From contig OZ255823.1 in the NCBI GenBank assembly GCA_965277455.1, forward strand, positions 2,438,250 to 2,502,249: 64,000 nt of DNA, given 5' to 3'. The stretch comes from Capsulimonadaceae bacterium (GTDB lineage: Bacteria; Armatimonadota; Armatimonadia; Armatimonadales; Capsulimonadaceae). The position numbers and the translations under genes are program-made. Below the pieces are notes generated by a model, which ran no database searches, was not told the DNA's origin, and saw only the letters and a program-made list of their open reading frames with translations. Below are positions 8,655 to 16,278 of this stretch, one piece after another. How positions within the stretch are numbered: the first letter of the stretch is position 1; each line of letters opens with the position of its first letter.

Positions 8655-8691
8655 TAAAAGAAAAGCCGCCGCCTGGGTTCAGGCGGCGGCT
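8655..8691 (-). terminator. Intrinsic terminator after 8712..9569
   Basis: Stem AGCCGCCGCCT / AGGCGGCGGCT with loop GGGTTC. On the minus strand it is followed by TTTTCTTTTAC. Confidence 0.7.
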
Positions 8692-8711
8692 GTTTTGCTG
8701 CGGAGACGCGA

Positions 8712-9569
8712 TTAAAGGGTGCTGAACGTGGCGGCATGGGCACTGTCGCCAGTCCCGGCAGCGCTCGGCAGGGACTGCGACGGTGTCCCGTAGGGATTGC
8801 CATAAGGGACGTTGTTTGCGCCTTGTACGTCGTTTTGCTGGAGAGCACTGGGTCCAGGCGAAATCGCCGCGCCGCGCAGCCATTTCACATGGCCGTCAGT
8901 CAGCAGGAAGTTCGAGCCATCGGTGTGGCGGCCTGTGGGCTTGTTATCAAAGTCGGTCAAGTTGGACGGGGTCACACCACCGAGGTAACCTGTAGCATAG
9001 TGCCAGATGCCATTGGCAAACTTGCCCACGCCGTCACCCGCGAAACCAACGCCTGCCGATCCTGCGTCCTGTGGGTAGCCACCATTGTTGTTGATGGATA
9101 AATCAGCGTCAATAGAGCGGTTCGTGTCTTCGAAGCAGAGGACCGTTGCAGCGGGAGAGTTGACCTGGGCTAGAGCAAATTTGGCACTGTCAGCGATGTT
9201 GGAGTTGATGCCATAGGACGACACCGTGTAGCCAGCGGTGCTGGGTGCCGTCGAGTCATCGGGGCACTTGAACAGGTCTTTGCTCTTGGCAAACGGATAC
9301 ACGCTGGGAACCCAGCCTGCGCCATGATTAGTGGGATAGGCTCCGGGGTACTTTTCGTCGGCATCCTGGGTGTACTGGATGATGGCGAGGCCAATCTGCT
9401 TCATGTTGGACTGGCAGGAGGCGCGGCGGGCGTTCTCGCGGACCTTCTGGAAAACAGGGAAGAGAATTGCCGCGAGAATCGCGATGATGGCGATGACGAC
9501 GAGCAGTTCGATCAGCGTAAAGCCGAGGGCAGAGCGGCGCTTGACGCGGCGTGTGGGCAGAGAAGACAT
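8712..9569 (-). CDS. Prepilin-type N-terminal cleavage/methylation domain protein with DUF1559 (H-X9-DG) C-domain
   Basis: Trimmed to ATG 9567-9569 ([38 protein letters not shown]). C-terminal [17 protein letters not shown] is an H-X9-DG motif. Confidence 0.85.
   Translation of the reverse strand: MSSLPTRRVKRRSALGFTLIELLVVIAIIAILAAILFPVFQKVRENARRASCQSNMKQIGLAIIQYTQDADEKYPGAYPTNHGAGWVPSVYPFAKSKDLFKCPDDSTAPSTAGYTVSSYGINSNIADSAKFALAQVNSPAATVLCFEDTNRSIDADLSINNNGGYPQDAGSAGVGFAGDGVGKFANGIWHYATGYLGGVTPSNLTDFDNKPTGRHTDGSNFLLTDGHVKWLRGAAISPGPSALQQNDVQGANNVPYGNPYGTPSQSLPSAAGTGDSAHAATFSTL
9405..9524 (-). repeat. Near-identical 120-nt segment shared with 10495..10614 (prepilin N-terminal coding region)
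   Basis: Both encode the identical 40 aa [40 protein letters not shown]. The nucleotide sequences differ at only a handful of positions by eye. Confidence 0.85.
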
Positions 9570-9696
9570 AGGGGTTCCTTTCAGGAAACAAGCCAGCCAA
9601 AATGGCCGGGTGAGGGTCTGTTTTAAGAAAGGCGCGTCATTGCGGGGAGGAGAAAAGTGCGGGAAAGAAAGCGTCTGTGCTTTGGTAGTACGCTTC

Positions 9697-9705
9697 AGTA
9701 TAGCA
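9697..9705 (-). promoter_or_regulatory. Extended -10 promoter (TGCTATACT) for prepilin gene 8712..9569
   Basis: Plus-strand AGTATAGCA at 9697-9705, in an AT-richer intergenic stretch. Confidence 0.35.
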
Positions 9706-9783
9706 CAGTTTCCGCAGTTTATATAAAATTGAGTGCCAAAAAGGAACTTGATTCTTGCCAGCTTTGCCAGACTGTACGCAAGC

Positions 9784-9820
9784 AAAGGCCGCGCCGGGGT
9801 GTATTCCAGGTGCGGCCTTT
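9784..9820 (-). terminator. Weak hairpin after 9838..10644
   Basis: AAAGGCCGC...GCGGCCTTT with a large loop and no clean U-tract. Confidence 0.3.
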
Positions 9821-9837
9821 CTGGGTGGACGCTAAGC

Positions 9838-10644
9838 TTATTTGATGCTGAATGTTCCGGCGAAATTACCGGTCGTCGAAGCGGTTCCAGCGGCCACGCC
9901 GCAGCCGTTGCTTTGCGGGTCGGTCGACTGGGCAGCATTGGGACCAGGCGAAACCTGTGAGCCGCGCAGCCATTTGACATGGCCGTCGGCAAAGCAGAAG
10001 TCCGAGCCGTCGGTATGCACCGGGGTTTTCAACAGCGCAGTGACATTGGCGCTGCTGCACGGCGGGTTGCCGAGGCCGACGGTGGCACTGGTTCCGTCGA
10101 CATATTTGGCCCCGGTAGTATAGTCAATGTAGCCCGCTCCCAGGGCGTCGCCACCGTTGGCGGCGGGCGAGAAGTTGCCCTGACCACCGCCGGTGTCTGC
10201 ATTGGGGTCCTGAATGTTGGCGACGCCGCCCTGCACTTCAGAGAGCAGAACGGTACTGGCGGGGGCATTGAGCTGGGCCAGGGTCGAGTAAGCCAGGTTC
10301 GGGTTGAACGCATAGGAGACGGGAACAAGGGTGCCGTTCGGGGAGGTCGAATCATCGGGGCACTTGTAGACGCCGGTGCTTTTGACGTAGGCGTAGACGC
10401 TGCTGCCCCACCCTACTCCGCCGGTGTTGGGCCGGGGAAACTGTTCATCGGCATCCTGCCCGTACTGGGTGAGAGCAAGGGCAAGCTGTTTTTCGTTGGA
10501 CTGGCAGGAAGCGCGGCGGGCGTTCTCGCGCACCTTCTGGAAGACGGGGAAGAGAATTGCCGCGAGAATCGCGATGATGGCGATGACGACGAGCAATTCG
10601 ATCAATGTAAAGCCGGAACGCGGCTTCGCGTGCGGATAAGGCAT
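9838..10644 (-). CDS. Prepilin-type N-terminal cleavage/methylation domain protein with DUF1559 (H-X9-DG) C-domain
   Basis: Trimmed to ATG 10642-10644 ([33 protein letters not shown]). C-terminal [17 protein letters not shown]. Confidence 0.85.
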   Translation of the reverse strand: MPYPHAKPRSGFTLIELLVVIAIIAILAAILFPVFQKVRENARRASCQSNEKQLALALTQYGQDADEQFPRPNTGGVGWGSSVYAYVKSTGVYKCPDDSTSPNGTLVPVSYAFNPNLAYSTLAQLNAPASTVLLSEVQGGVANIQDPNADTGGGQGNFSPAANGGDALGAGYIDYTTGAKYVDGTSATVGLGNPPCSSANVTALLKTPVHTDGSDFCFADGHVKWLRGSQVSPGPNAAQSTDPQSNGCGVAAGTASTTGNFAGTFSIK

Positions 10645-10739
10645 GAGGGTATTCCTTTCAGCACAGGTCATGCGGTGTGCTGATACTTGCATACCCGGTT
10701 CAGAAAGGAACATAAACGCACGGTTAGCGCAGAGTTAGA

Positions 10740-12845
10740 TCACTGCCAGCCGGCTCCGGCGAAGTCGAAGCGGATTTTTTTAGCGCGGTTGGAGTAGTAA
10801 AAGACGAGGTCGCGTCCGAGAACGCGGCGGGTGACAGAGTATTCGACGTCGGAATAGCGGTCGTTCAGGTAGTTTTCGTAGGTTGTGGCGAGGCCGAGGC
10901 CCCAGTCAGGCGTGACGCGGTAAGTGGCCGAGGCGAACAGGCTGCGGTCGTTGAGCGGCAGGCCGTAGCCGCCGGAAAACGAGGTTTGCAGCCGCTTGAA
11001 GGGGGTCGCCTGGAAGGTGGCAGTCAGGCGGTGCTGCGAGGGCGAACGCAGGAGGGCGGCCAGCGCATCGAGGCCCCCGGCGGGTGTGCCGATCTGGGTC
11101 AGGAGGGGGTCATAGCGGTAAGTGTAGTTCAGGGCGAGCGAGTCGGACTGACGGAAAGTGCGTGTCAGGCCGAGGCTGGCGCTGACGGTGGGGGCGAACT
11201 GGTTGCGCTCGCCGCCCCACGCCTGGCCGACGGTGAGCGAGTTGGTAAAGACGGTGCGCTTGTCGAGATGCTGGGGCGCGGTGAAGAGGCGCAGGTCGAC
11301 GGATTTGGTGTTGATGGGCGTTGTCACTTTGGCGATTCCGGGAGCCTGCGAGGTCAGGGTGCCGGTCTGGACCGCGAAATCGGTGGTGTAGTTGACGCCG
11401 GAATGGCCGAATGCACGCGGGTTGGACTGGACATAGGCATTCAGGCTCAGGCTCTGGGCGCTGTAGCCGTCGAAGCCGGGGTCGTGGCTGCCGGCGGCGT
11501 TCAGGTTGAACGAGAAGCCGTTGAACTGGCGCGAGACGTTGGACGAGGCATACAGGCTGCGGTGCGAGGGATAGTCGACGAACAGGTAGCCGGTCGTGGT
11601 TTCGTCAAGCCGCTGGGTATGGCTCCACTGAGCGCCCCATTCAGAGCGGGTGATACCGGACACGAGGAACTGGCCCTGACCGCCCCGCCCCATCTGGTAA
11701 GTTTGTTCGAGGTCGAGCGCGAGGCCATGCCGGGCGGCGTGGCCGTTGAAAAAGCCGGTGCCGGAGGAAAGTGCTCCGCCGACATTTGCGCCGGTGACGG
11801 CGGCATTCCGCAGATAAATCGTGCCTTTGGAATGCGGGGTGACATTGTAGTAGTAGGGCAGATTGAGAAAGACGCCCTGGGAGCCGAAGCCGAGGAGCTG
11901 CTGGCCGAAAATCTGGGTGGAGTTCATCGGCATCACATGGTACGGGACCGAAAGCAGCTTTTTACCGTCGCTGTAGATGGTAGCGCGTCGGAACTGGACC
12001 TGATCGCCGGGGTCGGCGGTGATGGCGCGGGCGGAAACGACGACCCGGCTGTCGGAGAGGTCGACAAAGCGGAACGGATTGGATTGCAGAGGCAGCTCGG
12101 CGGGGTCGGCAACCTGGGGAGAGGTTTCAAGGGCCGTGCCGGTAATCAAAACGCTGGCGCTCTGGTCGGCAAGAATGGCGCTGCCGTTGCCGGTGAGCAG
12201 GTCATAGCGAAGCTCGGCGGCACGGACCTGATGGTGTCCCCGGCGGATGACGGCCCCGTGGGCAATGACGGTCTGGGTCTGCAAGTCGGCTTGCAGGCGG
12301 TCGGCATCGATCTGTATGGACTTGTAGGACAGGTGCGCGGAGCCGTTTTTGCCTTCGGCTTCAATGATGCGTGCGTCGGCGCTGTAGATCAGATATTGCG
12401 GGCAGTCCACGCGAATCCAGCGGGCGTCTTTGTCGAAGAGTGACTCGCGGTCAGCGGTGAACTCCACGGAGGCTGCGCCCGCAGAGGAGCCGTCGGAGGA
12501 GAGGCCGAAGGCGGCGGCGGTGACGGCGGCTTTGCCTTCCTGCGAGGCGGCGGTCAGCGAGACGCGGGCGACACCAGACGCGGTGGTAGCGATATCCGGG
12601 GTCAGCGTTCCGAGGGTGGTGGTGAAGCGGACGGAGGTTCCGTCCGGGGCGATTTTGCCGCCGCCGTCGCGGACGGTGGCGGTGATAATGGTTGTGCTTT
12701 TGCCGTCGGCATAGATGACGTCCGGGGTGGCGGACACGGTGACGCTGGCCTGTCCGCCTGCCCGTGCAGGCGCGGTGAGGCGCGGGGCAGCGGTCAGGAG
12801 AAGGAGCAGAAGCGCAGTCAGAAGAGGCCGGGTGGGGTAGAGCAT
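10740..12845 (-). CDS. Outer-membrane beta-barrel protein, LptD/OstA-like, with N-terminal bacterial Ig-like (Big_1-type) domain
   Basis: Signal peptide MLYPTRPLLTALLLLLLTAAPRLTAPARA. Ig-like segment VTVSATPDVIYADGKSTTIITATVRDGGGKIAPDGTSVRFTTTLGTL. OstA-like segment AEGKNGSAHLSYKSIQIDADRLQADLQTQTVIAHGAVIRRGHHQVRAAELRYDLLTGNG. The last ~400 aa have alternating beta-strand character rich in Y/G/N/T, ending FDFAGAGWQ. Confidence 0.55.
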   Translation of the reverse strand: MLYPTRPLLTALLLLLLTAAPRLTAPARAGGQASVTVSATPDVIYADGKSTTIITATVRDGGGKIAPDGTSVRFTTTLGTLTPDIATTASGVARVSLTAASQEGKAAVTAAAFGLSSDGSSAGAASVEFTADRESLFDKDARWIRVDCPQYLIYSADARIIEAEGKNGSAHLSYKSIQIDADRLQADLQTQTVIAHGAVIRRGHHQVRAAELRYDLLTGNGSAILADQSASVLITGTALETSPQVADPAELPLQSNPFRFVDLSDSRVVVSARAITADPGDQVQFRRATIYSDGKKLLSVPYHVMPMNSTQIFGQQLLGFGSQGVFLNLPYYYNVTPHSKGTIYLRNAAVTGANVGGALSSGTGFFNGHAARHGLALDLEQTYQMGRGGQGQFLVSGITRSEWGAQWSHTQRLDETTTGYLFVDYPSHRSLYASSNVSRQFNGFSFNLNAAGSHDPGFDGYSAQSLSLNAYVQSNPRAFGHSGVNYTTDFAVQTGTLTSQAPGIAKVTTPINTKSVDLRLFTAPQHLDKRTVFTNSLTVGQAWGGERNQFAPTVSASLGLTRTFRQSDSLALNYTYRYDPLLTQIGTPAGGLDALAALLRSPSQHRLTATFQATPFKRLQTSFSGGYGLPLNDRSLFASATYRVTPDWGLGLATTYENYLNDRYSDVEYSVTRRVLGRDLVFYYSNRAKKIRFDFAGAGWQ

Positions 12846-12926
12846 AAAAAAGTCGTCTCAGCCGGGGTCTAGAAGCCCCCGGCGATTACGTGGTGCAATG
12901 ACGGAGAGAGATTAAATTGAGAGAGA

Positions 12927-13931
12927 TTAAGTGGACGGTGCGCCAGGCGGCAGGATTGTTCCACCTGTTGTGCCGGTTCCGGTGCCAATAGTCCCCTGTC
13001 CCAGATTGGGCGGCGCGGGGATGCCGGTTCCGGTTGTTGTCGTTGTCGTTGTCGTCGTCGTTGTGCCCCCGCCTCCCCCGCCGCCGTTGTGGTGATGGTG
13101 ACCGGACGCAATAGCGAGGCCGATGCCGACGGCGACCAGGACGCCAATTAGAATGGAGCCAATGTGGTTTTTCTTGCCGTGCTTGACGTCAGCGGGCGCG
13201 GCGGCTTGCCTCTGCGGTGCCGCCTGGGCGTTCAGCGCGGAAACGACATGGCCGGCGGCATCGTTGACGGCGCTTTGCAGCAGAGTATTCGGGTCGTCCG
13301 CAGCGTTGAACGAGACGCCGTGGCCGGTGTAGGCCAGCACTTTGACAGGAGCGCCCGTGGTCGTGTTGTAGAGGGTCGCGCTGACGGTCAGGTTGACGCT
13401 GCGCGTTTTGGGGTCCTGCGATAGTGCCTCGACGGTTCCGAGCAGGTAGCCATCGGTCCCGACTTCGTCGGTGATGCGCTGTGCGGTCGCCCCATTGGTG
13501 TACGGGGGAACCAGATCATTTTCGGTGACGCCCTGGCCGGTGGCGCTTGGCTCGCTCAGCGCCCGCTGGATTTGGGGCAGACGGGGCGAGAAAGAGCTGG
13601 CCTGGTAGCGGCCAATGGTGTTCAGACGCATCTTGACGGCTTCTTCGACCTGTGCGCCGACGATGTCCGGGTCGAAGCCCGAGTTGGAAGCTCCCGCAGG
13701 CATCGTGTTGGCGAAGGGGAACAGCAGGACTGATTTAATCCGGGTCGCCTGCATGGGTGCCGTGGGAAAGCGGATGACTGCGGCAGAGGCCGAAGGCGAC
13801 GCGGGTGCAACGGGTGCGGGGTCCTGCGCCTGTGCGGCGCTCGTGAGGATGGTCCCCGGCGGCAGCAGAAATGTTGCCGTCAGGGCGAATGCCACCAGAC
13901 GCTTGAGAGATGTGTGTTGAGTGAATGTCAT
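12927..13931 (-). CDS. Secreted/membrane-anchored protein with CsgG/LpoB-like N-domain, one C-proximal TM helix and a His-Gly-Thr homopolymer tail
   Basis: Trimmed to ATG 13929-13931, with SD GGGGAG upstream. Signal peptide LVAFALTATFLLPPGTILTSAAQAQ. Domain pattern IKSVLLFPFANT...VEEAVKMRLNTIGRYQASSFSPRLPQIQRAL...GTDGYLLGTVEAL. TM helix IGSILIGVLVAVGIGLAIASG. Tail HHHHNGGGGGGGTTTTTTTTTTT. Confidence 0.45.
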   Translation of the reverse strand: MTFTQHTSLKRLVAFALTATFLLPPGTILTSAAQAQDPAPVAPASPSASAAVIRFPTAPMQATRIKSVLLFPFANTMPAGASNSGFDPDIVGAQVEEAVKMRLNTIGRYQASSFSPRLPQIQRALSEPSATGQGVTENDLVPPYTNGATAQRITDEVGTDGYLLGTVEALSQDPKTRSVNLTVSATLYNTTTGAPVKVLAYTGHGVSFNAADDPNTLLQSAVNDAAGHVVSALNAQAAPQRQAAAPADVKHGKKNHIGSILIGVLVAVGIGLAIASGHHHHNGGGGGGGTTTTTTTTTTTGTGIPAPPNLGQGTIGTGTGTTGGTILPPGAPST

Positions 13932-13952
13932 AGTGTAGTTTCTCCCCACGCC

Positions 13953-16226
13953 CTAATAGCGGGACCGGTGCTGGTTCTGCTGCCGTGCCCGTGCGCTGCT
14001 CGACAGCAGTGCGCTGGACAACGTCGTCGCGCCGCCGTTCAGGTTGACCGGCAGGGGATCGTTGAAGATGTATGGGTTATCGTTCTCCGAGCTGCCGTTC
14101 AAGAGGTCTCGTGCGCCGACGCGGTAGAAGAACTGGGTGGCGTTCGGGAAGGCGGTGGTCAGATCGATATTGTTGAAAACGACCGCCGTGCCATTGGCCG
14201 TGCTAATGCCCCCATTGATGTTGGTCGGGTCTGTAATGGGTGCATTGTAGGAGCCAGGCTGGGGGGCAAACCGGCGAGCATTGGCAAAACCAGGGTCCGT
14301 GGAGATTTCCAGAACGTAGTCAGTTCCGCCGCGTGTGGCGGGGATGGTGAAGTTGACGTTGTTCAGGCCGGTCCCTGTGGCGGCGTTAGCGAACGGCGTC
14401 ACCGGCTCAATGAGGGTGATGTAGTTCGTGCTCCGCAGGCCGGTAAGCTGGTAGGTCTGATCATGCCCGAAGGTGGTCCCGGTGTTGTTGTTGGTTCCGG
14501 TGTTGTTGTTGTTGTTGTTGGTTCCGCTGTTGTTGTTGTTGGAGCTGTTGTTATTATTGTTGTTGTTGTTGCCGTTCGTATTGTTGTTATTGTTGTTGTT
14601 GTTGCCGTTGTTGTTGCCGTTGGTTCCTGGGTTCAGAATGCCGGTTCCAAAAGTGGCGGGCTGGAGGTACAAACCTTCCACCTGGTAAAACACGCGCTGG
14701 CCGAGGGCAAGCCCTGTGCCGGGGATGGGTGCTCCCACGGTGATCGTTCCGGTAGTGGTGGTGGTCGCGGTGGTCCCTACCGTGCTGGCAGTGACGGTCA
14801 GAAGCTGAGTGTTGTCGGTGATGTCAGGCTTGGAGGCGCTGATGGAGGTGATGCCGACTGGCCCATCGTAGACAAGCAGGTTGCCATGCCCGGACTGGGC
14901 CAGAAGCGGCACCTGTCCGAAGCTGAAAGTGCTAGTGTTGGTGGTAGTGGTCGTGTTATTGTTGCTGCTGCCGCCGCTCTGGGTCGCCGTGACGCCGAGG
15001 GCAGCCGGGCTGGACAGGGATACCGGAGCATCGCTGCGGTAGACGTGATATTCCAGGAAGTTGTTCGGGTTGATGTTGCCGACATCCGAGGTGATTTTCA
15101 CGGCGACGGGGATGTATCGATCCTGGGGCAGACTAATTCCGGTCGGAACCGTGGTGCTCTGTGCGCCGCCGACGAGGGTAGCGCGTCCGGCCTGAGCATG
15201 GGGTCCCTGAACGGCGGCCCCGCCCAAGGATTGACCGTGGCCCTGCCGTACAGCAGAGACGATCAAGGCTCCGGCGATGAGAGCAACCAGAATGCCACCG
15301 ATTCCGCTGAAGACATTACGAGAGGCGGCATGCGTGGGCGTGTCCGAGGACACGTCTGCACTGCTGGCGGTCCGAAAGGAGCCGACGCTTTTATCGATGC
15401 TGTAGGAAGGCAGCTCGTAAATGGCCGTGGCCCGGTCTTCGGGGCGGATACCCTGGCCCTGATCGGTCACCACGGCATTGGCGTCGTTGTTGCTGACATC
15501 GGAGACTTTGATAGTGCCGGTGACGACGCCGTTGCGGGTCACGATCATGTTCAGGCCGTCGTAAAGACCGTCGCGGGAGCCTTTATTGAGAGTCACGGAG
15601 TTCACGCCGCGTCCGATGAGGACGGTAGCGACGGGCAGGTTGAACTTGCTGATCTGCTTGACGGCGTTGAAGGCGGCATTGCCGAACGCTTCGTTGACGA
15701 GCGACTCTTCATCGGTGACGGGGATAGGCCGCACATTGGAGCTGCCCTCGGCCAGAGCGCCGTTCAGGAGGTAGCCCGAGCGCGGGTCGATAACGCGCAC
15801 GACGAGGCTGACTTTGGCCTGGCGGCGGTCCTGGGAGAACGACACCGAGGAGATTTCGCCGGCCACGATGGCATTGACGCCCAGCGACTGCCCGACTTTT
15901 TCAATGGAAGTCAGGTTCAGGGGTGGGGTCAGGTTGTCGTTGGTAATGGCATTCAGGAGGTCCTGCCGGGGAGTGACGGCATAGCGGTTCAGCTTTGCCA
16001 GCTCCACGACAAAGGAGTCGGCGGCCAGCCGCCCGACATCCGTGCTGCCGTAGCCGGAGGGGTTGGCGAAGTCCAGAACCGCCCAGGAGGGCAGGGTCCG
16101 GGACAGGTCCTGAGCCTGCGCTCTCGGCGAGCCGACCAGGAAAAGAGCCAGTACGGGCAGGGCCATCAGCAGCGACATCAGAACACTGATGGGCTGTGCG
16201 CTCCAATGCTGTTTGAAATGTTTCAC
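13953..16226 (-). CDS. Single-pass envelope protein: CsgG/LpoB-like domain, small beta-barrel domain, TM helix, then Thr/Asn-linked beta-sandwich domains
   Basis: GTG start with AGGAGG 11 nt upstream. Signal peptide SVLMSLLMALPVLALFLVGSPRAQAQ. Domain pattern SWAVLDFANPSGYGSTDVGRLAADSFVVELAKLNRYAVTPRQDLLNAI...GVNAIVAGEI. TM helix FSGIGGILVALIAGALIVSAV at aa ~306-326. A ~54-residue Asn-dominated tract lies at aa ~532-585. Confidence 0.45.
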   Translation of the reverse strand: MKHFKQHWSAQPISVLMSLLMALPVLALFLVGSPRAQAQDLSRTLPSWAVLDFANPSGYGSTDVGRLAADSFVVELAKLNRYAVTPRQDLLNAITNDNLTPPLNLTSIEKVGQSLGVNAIVAGEISSVSFSQDRRQAKVSLVVRVIDPRSGYLLNGALAEGSSNVRPIPVTDEESLVNEAFGNAAFNAVKQISKFNLPVATVLIGRGVNSVTLNKGSRDGLYDGLNMIVTRNGVVTGTIKVSDVSNNDANAVVTDQGQGIRPEDRATAIYELPSYSIDKSVGSFRTASSADVSSDTPTHAASRNVFSGIGGILVALIAGALIVSAVRQGHGQSLGGAAVQGPHAQAGRATLVGGAQSTTVPTGISLPQDRYIPVAVKITSDVGNINPNNFLEYHVYRSDAPVSLSSPAALGVTATQSGGSSNNNTTTTTNTSTFSFGQVPLLAQSGHGNLLVYDGPVGITSISASKPDITDNTQLLTVTASTVGTTATTTTTGTITVGAPIPGTGLALGQRVFYQVEGLYLQPATFGTGILNPGTNGNNNGNNNNNNNNTNGNNNNNNNNSSNNNNSGTNNNNNNTGTNNNTGTTFGHDQTYQLTGLRSTNYITLIEPVTPFANAATGTGLNNVNFTIPATRGGTDYVLEISTDPGFANARRFAPQPGSYNAPITDPTNINGGISTANGTAVVFNNIDLTTAFPNATQFFYRVGARDLLNGSSENDNPYIFNDPLPVNLNGGATTLSSALLSSSARARQQNQHRSRY
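14472..14633 (-). repeat. AAC/AAT-rich trinucleotide tract encoding a ~54-residue Asn-dominated linker
   Basis: The plus strand reads GTTGTTGTTGTT... with short interruptions. The protein reads NPGTNGNNNGNNNNNNNNTNGNNNNNNNNSSNNNNSGTNNNNNNTGTNNNTGT. Confidence 0.9.
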
Positions 16227-16278
16227 GAAATCAGAGTCCTCCTAAAGCGGTCCCGTCTAAGCGGGTCCCGACGGGCTG

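Noticed and set aside
12846-12926. Hairpin GCCGGGGGCTTCTAGACCCCGGC and direct repeat TTAATCTCTCTC x2 between the 340-aa gene and the barrel gene
   Set aside because: On the minus strand the T-run is separated from the stem by about 9 nt, so I did not call it a terminator. It might be an attenuator or processing site, but the evidence is too thin.
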